Translations under genes and position numbers: made by a program
Shown: positions 41,123-51,232 of the stretch, in pieces
How the letters are laid out: each line of letters opens with the position of its first letter
How positions within the stretch are numbered: position 1 is the first letter of the stretch
The notes under the pieces: generated by a model
What the model saw: the letters and a program-made list of their open reading frames with translations, nothing else
Databases searched by the model: none
What the model was told of the DNA's origin: nothing
NCBI GenBank assembly: GCA_011364975.1
Contig: RDOE01000003.1
Coordinates: 1 to 64,000 of the forward strand
DNA: 64,000 nt
Direction: 5' to 3'
Origin: Promethearchaeota archaeon
GTDB taxonomy: Archaea > Asgardarchaeota > Lokiarchaeia > Sigyniarchaeales > SOKP01

Positions 41123-41734
41123 AAAGAGGAATTCAAGAGAAATCTTAAAACAACCCTTTAAAAAATCAAAAAAAACAAAAATACTCGAGTAGTAGAAGTT
41201 ACAAAAGATTTAAAAGCATCTCCTATAAAATTCTCCTCCATTGGATTTCTACTTGGTGGCCTTGCGGTACTCTTGGCAAACATCATTCCAAATATTCTCA
41301 ATATTTAATTTTTTAAATTTTTTCGTTTTACTTCATCTGATTTTTTTAAATTACACTTTAGTTACAGAATTATTTTTCATGGGTGATTATTAGTAGATTA
41401 ATAATATTAAAAATGCTTAAAAAAGAACTCTTTGAGCTTTCTTTTTCTATTGAAATTGAAGAATTTCCAATTTTCAAGTTTTTTTCTTTTTTTTACATAA
41501 AGTTATAGATAAATTCGTGTGAAAAATCCTTTAATTTAATCATAAAAATCCATAAAATAGATCATAAATATCTATTACGATCATTTAGATTTTGAATTAT
41601 CCAAAATCAATTGCCCTTTTCAAATGGTAGATAATTTTTTTTATCAAAATTTTGTTTATGATAATAAATAATAATAAATACTTTCATTAATTTTTTTTTC
41701 ATAATACTATTAAAAAAAAATTGAGGATATTAAA

Positions 41735-42400
41735 ATGACCATTATAACAACAAAAAAACCTTTTGAGGAGGTTTTAGGAGCCATCAAGAATGCAAAGAGA
41801 TTAACGATCGTATCTTGTGGATCCTGTGCAGCGATGTGTCAAACCGGAGGAACAGAAGGAGCGAAAGAGATGGCTGATAAGCTTGAGAAAGAGGGTTTTC
41901 AAATCACTACAGTTATTGTTCCAGAGGAAGTATGCGATAATCGTGTTATGAAGCAAGATTTCCGTAAAATTGAAGAAGATCTAGAAAATACCGACGCTAT
42001 CTTAACTTTAAGTTGTGGTCTTGGCGTAGCTAGCATAACAGAAGTGCTAAGTAAAAAGTTTCCGAATATTCCAGTATTTATTGGCACCAACACGGAGTTT
42101 ATGGGCATGACGGAGCGCATCGGAAGATTTTTTATGCGTTGTCGAGGGTGTGGTGATTGTCTTCTCAATGAAACTGGAGGAATTTGTCCTATTACAACTT
42201 GTGCGAAATCTCTCATGAATGGGCCCTGCGGTGGTATGGTAGATGGAAAATGTGAGGTTGGAAAGTACGAAAAAGATTGTGGCTGGATTTTAATTTATAA
42301 TCGATTGAAAGAATTAGGCCGATTAGATTTTTTCGAAAAATTAAGAGACCCAGTTGATTGGAGCGAATCTGGGCATCAAAGAGAAGTAGTATGGAGGTAG
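41735..42400 (+). CDS. metV: MetV, copy 2
   Basis: SCGSC, VCD, SCGLG, CRGCGDC...TGGICP...CAKSLMNGPCGG...KCEV...CGW. Confidence 0.88.
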   Translation: MTIITTKKPFEEVLGAIKNAKRLTIVSCGSCAAMCQTGGTEGAKEMADKLEKEGFQITTVIVPEEVCDNRVMKQDFRKIEEDLENTDAILTLSCGLGVASITEVLSKKFPNIPVFIGTNTEFMGMTERIGRFFMRCRGCGDCLLNETGGICPITTCAKSLMNGPCGGMVDGKCEVGKYEKDCGWILIYNRLKELGRLDFFEKLRDPVDWSESGHQREVVWR

Positions 42401-42408
42401 ATAAAAAA

Positions 42409-43347
42409 ATGGGAGAAAAAAAGTTTTTTTCTAAGTTGGGAGAAGCTTTATCTAAAGGAGACTTTATTCTCACTGGTGAATTAGAACCAGAAAAAACTAC
42501 TGATCTTAGCCATACAGTCGAAGAAGCTAGAGAAATGGCTCCTTATGTTGTTGCCGCTAATGTTACTGACAGCCCCTTAGGAATTGTGACTATAAATAGT
42601 ATGGCTGCATCTCATATTATTCAGAGTGAAACTGGGCTAGAATGCATCTGGCAATTGACTGTTAGAGATGTAAATAAGTTAGGAATTGTGGGCATGCTTA
42701 TGGGGGGTCATGCGTTAGGATTGAGAAACATTCTTTCTCTTACTGGGGATCATACAGCGTTAGGTGATATGCCTGAATCCAAACCAGTATTTGATCTCGA
42801 TTCAGCCACCTTAGTTAAGCTCGTACGAGAGGTGGTTGATAAAGGAACAATTAACGGTCATGAGATAGAGCATCCTCCCACCATTCATGTGGGGGCTGCT
42901 GCGAATCCCAATGCTAATCCAATGGATGCAGAGGTATTAAAAATAAAAAGAAAGGCACAAGCAGGAGCTGAATTTTTACAAACTCAAGTGGTATATGACC
43001 TAGATAAAACTATCGAATTTTTATCCGCAATAAAAAAGTATAATGTTCCTATTTTACTTGGAATCTTCCCAATGAAAAGCTATGCAATTGCCAAAGGTTT
43101 TGATGAGTTTGTCCCCGGTGTAAGTGTCCCAAAAGATATATTAGCTCGATGGAAGGGTATTAAAAACGATTACTCTACTGACAAGAAAATGATGAATGAA
43201 GTTTATGACCAAGCAAATTATGAATTTTTCAAACCATTTATTACGGAGCTAAGAAAGAAAAAACTTCTCGATGGAATCCATTGTATGGCGGTTCATTACC
43301 CTAGAATCTTTCCCAAGTTGACGGAAGTAATCAAAAATACTAATTAA
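42409..43347 (+). CDS. metF: MetF, copy 2
   Basis: TGELEP, ANVTDSP, QLTVRD, LTGDH, FLQTQ, GIHCM; start placed at MGEKK after GGAGGT. Confidence 0.92.
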   Translation: MGEKKFFSKLGEALSKGDFILTGELEPEKTTDLSHTVEEAREMAPYVVAANVTDSPLGIVTINSMAASHIIQSETGLECIWQLTVRDVNKLGIVGMLMGGHALGLRNILSLTGDHTALGDMPESKPVFDLDSATLVKLVREVVDKGTINGHEIEHPPTIHVGAAANPNANPMDAEVLKIKRKAQAGAEFLQTQVVYDLDKTIEFLSAIKKYNVPILLGIFPMKSYAIAKGFDEFVPGVSVPKDILARWKGIKNDYSTDKKMMNEVYDQANYEFFKPFITELRKKKLLDGIHCMAVHYPRIFPKLTEVIKNTN

Positions 43348-43399
43348 CCAAAATTATAATATACTAAACTTAGTTTTGGTTAACTTAATCTCTTTTTTT
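43344..43399 (+). terminator. hairpin plus T-tract after metF copy 2
   Basis: TTAACCAAAA (43344-43353) and TTTTGGTTAA (43374-43383) form a perfect 10-bp inverted repeat followed by CTCTTTTTTT. Confidence 0.5.
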
Positions 43400-43468
43400 A
43401 TATTTTATAATAATATTATTTAAATCAACCTGCAAGATTGATATTTTAAATAAAAATTTAAATATTTA

Positions 43469-44620
43469 TTGAATGTGAATATAATGTTTCAAGACATTAA
43501 TGAGGAAACTATATTTTTACTAAAAGTCGGATTTGAGCGCTCTCCAAATTCTCAAGTGTTAGCCGAGTATAGAAACGGAGATGTGCATATTTTAAAGGTC
43601 AATAAAGCGTTTACAGAATTTTATGGGTATAGTCAAGATGAGGTGTTAGATGGAAACCCTAGAATTTTGAATTCAAATAAGCAGGACCCACATTTTTTCA
43701 TAACTATGTGGGATGCCATTTTAGATCCCAAGATTGGGTTTTGGAGGGATGAAATTATAAACAAGCGTAAGGATGGCAGTTTGATCAATGTAATTCTCAC
43801 CATTAACACTATTTTTGATGAAGATAACTCTCCAAAATATTTTACTGCCTATCATGTTGATATTACCAAACGAAAGATTGCTGAAGAAAAGTTGAGGAAA
43901 TCAGAAGAAAAGTATCATTTAGCATATGAGCAAGCAGATTTATATAAAGATATCGTAGCTCATGATATTAATAATGTGTTACAAGTTATCAAATCTTCGC
44001 TAGAATTAAGTTCTTTATATTTTAATTCTCCAGAGAAAATGAGTAAAATAAAGGAATTATATGAGATTATGGAGGAACAAGTTATTCGAGGTTCTAATAT
44101 TATTTCAAATGTAGTTAAATTATCTGAACTCGATAAGGAACAAATTCTATCCGAAAAAGTTGAAAGTATAAATTTTCTAAAGAGATCAATAACTTACATA
44201 AAAGAAAGTTATCCAAGTAGAGAAATAAAAATTCAAACAAATTTCTATAAAGAAAGTGTTTACGTTTTAGCGAATAATTTGCTGTTAGATGTGTTTGAGA
44301 ATCTTTTAATTAATTCAATTAGACATAATGATAATCTAACTATTGAATTATTCGTTAAAGTCTCACCCATAGTAAAGGAAGGAAAAAATTATATTCTTTT
44401 TGAAATCAGCGATAACGGACGGGGAATTAACGATGAAAGAAAGCCAATTATATTTGAACATAGAAAAAATTTAAGAACTAAAACTATGGGAATGGGTTTA
44501 GGTTTATCTCTTGTGAAAAAGATAATTAATTCCTATAATGGGAGTATTTGGGTAGAGGATAGGGTAAAAGGAGCTTACCAAAAAGGAAGCTCATTTAAAT
44601 TTTTAATTCCAGAAGCTTAA
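43469..44620 (+). CDS. PAS/PAC sensor histidine kinase
   Basis: PAS (VNKAF..FYGY, W.DEIIN.RKDG, DITKRK), H-box HDINN, N-box ENLLINSIRH, DNGRG, GMGLGL. Confidence 0.93.
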   Translation: MNVNIMFQDINEETIFLLKVGFERSPNSQVLAEYRNGDVHILKVNKAFTEFYGYSQDEVLDGNPRILNSNKQDPHFFITMWDAILDPKIGFWRDEIINKRKDGSLINVILTINTIFDEDNSPKYFTAYHVDITKRKIAEEKLRKSEEKYHLAYEQADLYKDIVAHDINNVLQVIKSSLELSSLYFNSPEKMSKIKELYEIMEEQVIRGSNIISNVVKLSELDKEQILSEKVESINFLKRSITYIKESYPSREIKIQTNFYKESVYVLANNLLLDVFENLLINSIRHNDNLTIELFVKVSPIVKEGKNYILFEISDNGRGINDERKPIIFEHRKNLRTKTMGMGLGLSLVKKIINSYNGSIWVEDRVKGAYQKGSSFKFLIPEA

Positions 44621-45128
44621 TTAATTTCATTTTTGCTTTAAGAAAATTGGTACCCTCTCTTAAAACACTTCTGCTAATATTTTAAAGCATAATTACAGTT
44701 TATAGGAATTTAAATATCATGAATTGGATTTGTAAATATCTATCCTATTGAATGAAATAAATTTAATAGCATAGTTATCCTATGATATTGATAGAGAAGC
44801 TTAGAATTCTAATGGTTAGTATTATTAAGTTAAATAAATTTAAAAATATGATAATAATATCATCCCTAGCCATCCCGCATTTATAAGATAATTTCCTATT
44901 TGGTTAAAATATCAAAATTATTTTGATAAGCAACTGGCATCACGAATAAATGAGCCCTTTATGAATTTATGAATTATTGGTTAGATAATGATTATTATTA
45001 GAACAATTAGGTTTCTATTCGTGATTTCAGAAAGGTACGTAATTTACTATATCTTCTTTAGCAAAGCTTGATTTATCTTTTAAATCATTACTAAAAACTT
45101 TAAAAGTAATCTCAATACCATATGAAAT

Positions 45129-46655
45129 ATGGATACATATGATTTAGTTGTTGTTGGGTCTGGGGCGGGCTTAAATCTTCTTAATTATGGACTTGAAATG
45201 GGTCTTAATTGTGCTTTAGTAGAAGATACTAAACTTGGCGCTACTTGTTTAACACGAGGGTGTATTCCCTCAAAAGTATTAGTGCATCCTGCAGATTTAA
45301 TAAGAGAAGCAGAACATGCAAAAAAAGTAGGACTTACTTTTAAGGTAGAAGAAATTAACTGGGATTTCATTGCTAAAAGGATGTGGAGCCAAATCGATGA
45401 GAGTAGAGAGATAGAAAAAGGGCTTTCTGAAGTCCCCAATTTGAAATTATATAAGGGTATTGGAGAATTCATAGGAGAATATGAAATGCAAGTTAAATCG
45501 GTAAAATCTGGAGAAGTGATCGGGCATTTCAAAGCTGAGAAATTTGTATTAACTTCTGGAGCAAGATCATTTATTCCACCCATCGAAGGATTAGAAGAAG
45601 CAGGTTATATAACGAACGAAAACTTTTTTGGTGAAAAGTTCCCTAATAAACCGTGGGAAAGCTTAATAATTATTGGCGGTGGTGTAATAGCCGCTGAATT
45701 TGCGCATATTTTTTCAAGTTTTGGAACTGAAGTAACTATCGTAGAAATGCTTCCACGATTAGTTATGACAGAGGAACCTGAAATAAGTCAATTTATAGAG
45801 ACTAATTTTAAGAAAAGTATGAAGGTTTTTGTAAATCATAAAGCAATACGAGTAAAATTAAAGAAAAAGATAAAAGTTATTACAATCCAAAATGTAAAAA
45901 CAGGCGAGGAAATCGATCTTCACGCAGAAGAGGTATTAGTAGCCACAGGTCGTAAGTCTAATGCTGATCTTCTTAGAGTTGAAAAAACGGGAGTAGAAAC
46001 AGATCAAAGGGGCTGGATAAAAACGAATGAGTATCTGGAGACTACTAAGCCGAAAATTTGGTGTTTTGGAGATGCTAATGGGCTTTATCAATTTCGCCAT
46101 AAAGCAAATTACGAATCTGAAATATGTGCGAATAATATGTTTGGACCTCCTGAGGAAAAACGTACAGTAGATTATTCGGCTGTTCCATGGGCGATATTCA
46201 CTTATCCTCAAATTGGCCATGTAGGAATGACTCAAGAAGATGCGATAAATAAAGGGCATGAGATTTTTGTCGCGTTAAAAAATTACTCAAGTGTGGCAAA
46301 AGGTTTTGCCATGGGATATACTGAAAATGATGTTGATGATGGCTTCGTCAAATTAGTGATTGATAAATCCTATAAAATTTTAGGTGCCCACGTGGTTGGA
46401 CCTCATGCGGCAGTTTTAGTCCAACCTTTTGTTTATTTAATGAATTCTGGATATACATGTGATATGGAAGAATTTCCTGGAAGAGGAGGCCTTATGAAAT
46501 TAGGAAGAGCTTGCCCTGAAGCTGGCTCGTTTATGCCCATTTATAAGTCTATGGTAATTCATCCCTCCCTCAACGAAGTAGCAGGTTGGGCTATTGGAAA
46601 CATGAAACCAATAAATATTAAAATGGAACATCACCATCATCATCATGATGAATAA
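45129..46655 (+). CDS. pyridine nucleotide-disulfide oxidoreductase (dihydrolipoamide dehydrogenase / mycothione reductase-like)
   Basis: GSGAG, redox-active CLTRGCIPSK, GGGVIAAE, GD, HPSLNE. Confidence 0.9.
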   Translation: MDTYDLVVVGSGAGLNLLNYGLEMGLNCALVEDTKLGATCLTRGCIPSKVLVHPADLIREAEHAKKVGLTFKVEEINWDFIAKRMWSQIDESREIEKGLSEVPNLKLYKGIGEFIGEYEMQVKSVKSGEVIGHFKAEKFVLTSGARSFIPPIEGLEEAGYITNENFFGEKFPNKPWESLIIIGGGVIAAEFAHIFSSFGTEVTIVEMLPRLVMTEEPEISQFIETNFKKSMKVFVNHKAIRVKLKKKIKVITIQNVKTGEEIDLHAEEVLVATGRKSNADLLRVEKTGVETDQRGWIKTNEYLETTKPKIWCFGDANGLYQFRHKANYESEICANNMFGPPEEKRTVDYSAVPWAIFTYPQIGHVGMTQEDAINKGHEIFVALKNYSSVAKGFAMGYTENDVDDGFVKLVIDKSYKILGAHVVGPHAAVLVQPFVYLMNSGYTCDMEEFPGRGGLMKLGRACPEAGSFMPIYKSMVIHPSLNEVAGWAIGNMKPINIKMEHHHHHHDE

Positions 46656-46695
46656 TTCATTAACTCTTTTCCTCTTTTTTACCCAATTATCCCTC

Positions 46696-47859
46696 CTAAA
46701 TTTTAAAAAATTTTGAATCATGTTCTTTTAGAGAATCAGTAAGGACTAAACATAGTTTCTCTAAAACATTCGTATCAATTTTATCGATCCTATCATTAAC
46801 AGTATGCATATAGGCATGTGTTTCCACTCCACCAATTCCATATCCTTGAAACCCACGATCTCCTAAAAACCCTCCATCAGAATGAGTACCAAAAATTCTT
46901 TTTGTAATATGGGTTTTAATCGTAAGATTTCTATTATTATTTAATAGTAATCTATTGACATCTACTGCGTGATCCCCTTCGCTTCCTCCTGGGAACAAAA
47001 ATATATGCTTAGCTATAGATTCAAAATTAAATATTATCGACTTACTGGCATCAAAATTTTCTAAGTTATTATAAAAATGTCTTATACCCATTGTTCCGCA
47101 TTCTTCTGCTCCAGTAAAAAGAAACCACATGCTGTAATTTCGTAATCTATTTTCATGACTACTATAATAGTTTACCAGCTCTAAATTGCACGCTATTCCA
47201 GAGGCATTATCAATAGCTCCATCAGAACTATTATCAGTATTGTTAAGAAGCATCATTATTGAGGGAATTATATTTAAAATTAAAGGAAATAGTCCGATAA
47301 TATAAAATATCATTTGAAATCCAATAAATATTAAATTTTTAAGGCCTATAATAACCAATAGAATGATTGATGTATTGATCCAAAGCTTAATTATTTTTAT
47401 CCTGATTTCAACTTTAAATCTCTGCCCTTTGGAGTCTAAATGACTCATAAACATTACAATTCTATCATTATGCTTCATTTGAGACGATTCAGGATCAATC
47501 TTTACTAAAAGGTTTTGCGAATTGAATTTTGAAATAAAATGAATTTTTTCGGGCTTTCTTGTTATTATAATGGAAATTATCAATATTCCAAGTAATATGA
47601 GGGTAATTATCATAGAGAACATCATAGTCATATTCAAGTATAGTAATAATAGAATAAAAGAAATGGATAAAAATGCTATTTTGGGATACCATCTTGAATA
47701 AAACGAACTAAAAGTAAAATTTTGGACTTCAAAATTTAAATTTAAATTTTCTATCTGTTGCTTTAATTTACTAAAGGCTTCAAATTCAAATTTCGTTCCA
47801 GATAAACGAGGAAAAGCAAAATCCTTAAGGTTTTTTTTAATCCGTGCTTCTTCAATCAT
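46696..47859 (-). CDS. membrane-embedded M28 family metallopeptidase
   Basis: SHLDSK, GAIDNASG, GAEECG, HSD, MHT..D with inserted TM helices; start placed at MIEEARI. Confidence 0.85.
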   Translation of the reverse strand: MIEEARIKKNLKDFAFPRLSGTKFEFEAFSKLKQQIENLNLNFEVQNFTFSSFYSRWYPKIAFLSISFILLLLYLNMTMMFSMIITLILLGILIISIIITRKPEKIHFISKFNSQNLLVKIDPESSQMKHNDRIVMFMSHLDSKGQRFKVEIRIKIIKLWINTSIILLVIIGLKNLIFIGFQMIFYIIGLFPLILNIIPSIMMLLNNTDNSSDGAIDNASGIACNLELVNYYSSHENRLRNYSMWFLFTGAEECGTMGIRHFYNNLENFDASKSIIFNFESIAKHIFLFPGGSEGDHAVDVNRLLLNNNRNLTIKTHITKRIFGTHSDGGFLGDRGFQGYGIGGVETHAYMHTVNDRIDKIDTNVLEKLCLVLTDSLKEHDSKFFKI

Positions 47860-48099
47860 TATATACTTAATAAAAAAAAGAAACAAAAATAGTTTATTTT
47901 ATTTAATTTATCTACTTCCAATGATTTTTAGCAATAGTTTTCTATCCTTAAAATATGAAAATTCTAGGAAGAAACAGGTAGTTAATTCTATTACGCATCA
48001 AAATAGATTATATTAATTTGATTCCCTATTATAAATTTCAGAAAAAGAAACATTGAATGTAAAATTCAAATATTTAGTTTCTTTCAACAATACTAGTAA

Positions 48100-50037
48100 A
48101 TGATGCATTTAAAAAATAATCAGTTAGGTCAAATTTTTACTCCCGATTACGTAGCAGAATTTATGGTTAAGAATCTTAAAAAATATTATTCTGTTATTCA
48201 TAATATAGAAAATTTTGATAATGTAAAAGTTCTTGAACCATGTGCCGGGAAGGGAATATTTTTGAAATATCTCTTAAGGGAGGGATTTACTAATATCACT
48301 GCTTATGAATTAGATAAGAGTATTAAACCTTTTCTATTAAAAAAGTTCCCAAATATGAAATTTAAATTTGAGAATTTCTTAGGGGCTGACCCTGGTGATA
48401 AATTTGATATAATCATTGGAAATCCCCCCTATTTAGGTCAAAACTATAATGCAGAATTTTTTCAAGACTTAGTAAAAGAACATCCAATTTGTCAGAAATT
48501 TTTTATTGGAAATATGGATCTATTTTACTTCTTTATTCATTTGGGTATTATTAAATTAAATCCCGGGGCACTTCTTAGTTATATCACTACAAATTATTGG
48601 ATTACTAAATCTGAGAGAACGGGAATTAAAAAATTAAAACCCCATATCAAAAATGAGTGTTTTTTACTAGAATATATTGATTTATCAAAATTACAAATTT
48701 TTGAAAAAGCAACAGGCCAGCATAATTGTATATTTACATTACAAAAGAAAAGTAAAGCCGAAGTACAAAATAAAACGGATAAATCAATTAATATTATCCA
48801 AATTGGAAAGTCTTACAATACTAATCGAAATAAAAATAACTCATTTGAATTTATTTTTAATCAGATTCCGTTAGAAAGTCGGGTTCCTAATATTATAAAA
48901 TATAAGTCAGCTTTATCGAATAATGATTTAAGTTTAACTAATAGTTGGAATGTTATATTTCCAATAGAAACTGCCGAATTAATTAAAAAAATTGAGAATC
49001 AATGTAAAGTTGACAATGACATAACCTACTTAAAGGATTACTTTATCATTAGAAATGGATTAATACTGATTCAGGATGAAATTTTCATACTTAAAGAAGA
49101 TGTGAACATAAAAGTAAAAGGAAATGATATATATATCAAAGTTCAAGACGGATTCATTAAAATAAATGAAAAAGAAAAAGCTAGATTAAAAAAAATATAT
49201 AAAAGCAATGCGATAATTCCCTATAATTACAAAAAAGATAAACTCTCAGGATTTTTAATATATTTTAATAAAGAAGAATTCAACAATCAAGACTTAACTG
49301 TTCGGAACAAAAAAATAACACTGAAATATCCTAACCTAATAAAATACTTGAATCAGTTTAAGGATCAGTTGGAACAAATTTTAATTAATGCTAAAGAAAA
49401 TGTTTTTGACATTTATTTTCCTCGAAGAGGAAGCTTTATCATTCAATATAATCAATCTAATAAGAGACAACTAACCAATCTTGAAAGATATTATGATAAA
49501 TTTCCTAAAATTATATTTAAATACATCTCCAATTCGAATACGTTCGGTTATACAACAGAATCCTATTATGCTACATCGGATACCTACTTTATCTGGCCTA
49601 GGAATATGGAGCAAAAGCTTGATTATCTATTTCTTATCGCTTATCTTAATTCAAAACTAGTTAAATTCCTATTTATAGCAAAAAATATGTTTATTAAAAG
49701 GAGTAAAACAAAGTTAGAGGATAATTTACCATTACCAAATCTCAACCAATATCATGGAATCACAGATAAAAATACAATTAATTTGATCAGATCACTTACA
49801 AGGTTAATTTTAAAAATGCAAAATGGTGAAGATATTAATAATTTTACGGAACGAGTAGTAGAACTAGAACAGTTAGGTGAAGTTTTAAAAAAAGATATAT
49901 TAAGTCAATTTAAAGAAAATAAAAAAAATTTGGATGTAGATTTTATTCAAAAAATTATTGATTCTCTCTTTTTTAAATTATTTAATGTAGAAGAGAAGCA
50001 AATTGATGATCTAATAAAGAAATACTACAAATTTTAA
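48100..50037 (+). CDS. N6-adenine DNA methyltransferase (TaqI/Eco57I-like, with target recognition domain)
   Basis: LGQIFTP, LEPCAGKG, IIGNPPY, DLFYFF, LNSKL. Confidence 0.9.
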   Translation: MMHLKNNQLGQIFTPDYVAEFMVKNLKKYYSVIHNIENFDNVKVLEPCAGKGIFLKYLLREGFTNITAYELDKSIKPFLLKKFPNMKFKFENFLGADPGDKFDIIIGNPPYLGQNYNAEFFQDLVKEHPICQKFFIGNMDLFYFFIHLGIIKLNPGALLSYITTNYWITKSERTGIKKLKPHIKNECFLLEYIDLSKLQIFEKATGQHNCIFTLQKKSKAEVQNKTDKSINIIQIGKSYNTNRNKNNSFEFIFNQIPLESRVPNIIKYKSALSNNDLSLTNSWNVIFPIETAELIKKIENQCKVDNDITYLKDYFIIRNGLILIQDEIFILKEDVNIKVKGNDIYIKVQDGFIKINEKEKARLKKIYKSNAIIPYNYKKDKLSGFLIYFNKEEFNNQDLTVRNKKITLKYPNLIKYLNQFKDQLEQILINAKENVFDIYFPRRGSFIIQYNQSNKRQLTNLERYYDKFPKIIFKYISNSNTFGYTTESYYATSDTYFIWPRNMEQKLDYLFLIAYLNSKLVKFLFIAKNMFIKRSKTKLEDNLPLPNLNQYHGITDKNTINLIRSLTRLILKMQNGEDINNFTERVVELEQLGEVLKKDILSQFKENKKNLDVDFIQKIIDSLFFKLFNVEEKQIDDLIKKYYKF

Positions 50038-50106
50038 TTTTTAAGTAAATTTAACCTAATTTTTAACTTGATCGCCATAAAAACTTTGTTTCAGAAGTGA
50101 ATATTT

Positions 50107-51165
50107 TTAACCAAACGAAATACCACCTGATTTTGTTAACAAGCTAACATCATTCCATATATAACTGGTGTCTATCATGGTAGGGGAATTACAACTATAG
50201 CATTTTTCGCTTTCTTCAATAAAATTCTTAAAAATGGGAAGTTGTAAGACTTTATTTACAGAAATTTCTCTTAAGTTAGCAATTGGTTTATCTAATTTAA
50301 GACAATTTTCAATATCTCCATTGGAATTAACAAACATAAAAATTTTTTTTGTATGACAATCATAGGGCTTTTTCCCTCCAATAAAGTGGTTTAAGTATGG
50401 TTCAGAATTTACTATTTTTGAACCACTTCTTTTTGCTTTCAAAATTTTTTCAAATGCTGTATTTATTTCGTCATCAGTAGCAGAAAGGCTTCCTTTTTCA
50501 TCTATACTACCTGTTGAGAAATGGCGAATAGTATTAATTATATTAAATGCAACGGGAATGTCCATCTTATTTGATAATTGAATCATCTCTTCAACACGAT
50601 TAATATTGTATTTGCTTATTGAGAAGCTAAATTGTAATGAGATATAAGGATAACAGTTTTTAATAATATTAATAGATTCCATTATTTTATTATATAATCC
50701 CTTCAGTCCTCTGATATTGTCATGCTCTTCCAACCTGGGTGAATCCAGAGAGATAAGAACAAAATCTAAATCGTTTCCAATCTCTTTGATCTTTTGTGGA
50801 AGAAACCACCCATTAGTAACTATTCCAACGATAGTAAATTCACATGTATTTTTAACAAACTTGATAATTTCCACAATATCCTTCCTAATAAGGGGTTCTC
50901 CACCCCATAATATTGTAACTATAAATCCAGCTTCTTTTGCTTCTCTATATATTCGTTTTATTTCCTCTAATGATAACTCATCTTTCTTTTGATTATCCTT
51001 CCAAAGGCAGGTTTCACAGCTACAATTACATTTCAGCGTAGTAAGGAAATGAAAAATGAATGGTTTGTATTTGCTTTCTTTTGCTTCTTTTGCGGCTATC
51101 GCTAATTTAGCAAGTTGTACTTTTCTTTTCCTTTTAATTTGTTTCATGATTGACTCTTCTTCCAT
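50107..51165 (-). CDS. radical SAM protein with Twitch/SPASM-like C-terminus
   Basis: CNCSCETC (CxxxCxxC), GGEPL, TNG, SLD, C-terminal C...G...C...CYSC. Confidence 0.9.
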   Translation of the reverse strand: MEEESIMKQIKRKRKVQLAKLAIAAKEAKESKYKPFIFHFLTTLKCNCSCETCLWKDNQKKDELSLEEIKRIYREAKEAGFIVTILWGGEPLIRKDIVEIIKFVKNTCEFTIVGIVTNGWFLPQKIKEIGNDLDFVLISLDSPRLEEHDNIRGLKGLYNKIMESINIIKNCYPYISLQFSFSISKYNINRVEEMIQLSNKMDIPVAFNIINTIRHFSTGSIDEKGSLSATDDEINTAFEKILKAKRSGSKIVNSEPYLNHFIGGKKPYDCHTKKIFMFVNSNGDIENCLKLDKPIANLREISVNKVLQLPIFKNFIEESEKCYSCNSPTMIDTSYIWNDVSLLTKSGGISFG

Positions 51166-51232
51166 AACTATATGTGTTTTAGTAAATTATTTATCATTAA
51201 CGGAACTAATATTGAAATCTCCATGAAATTTA

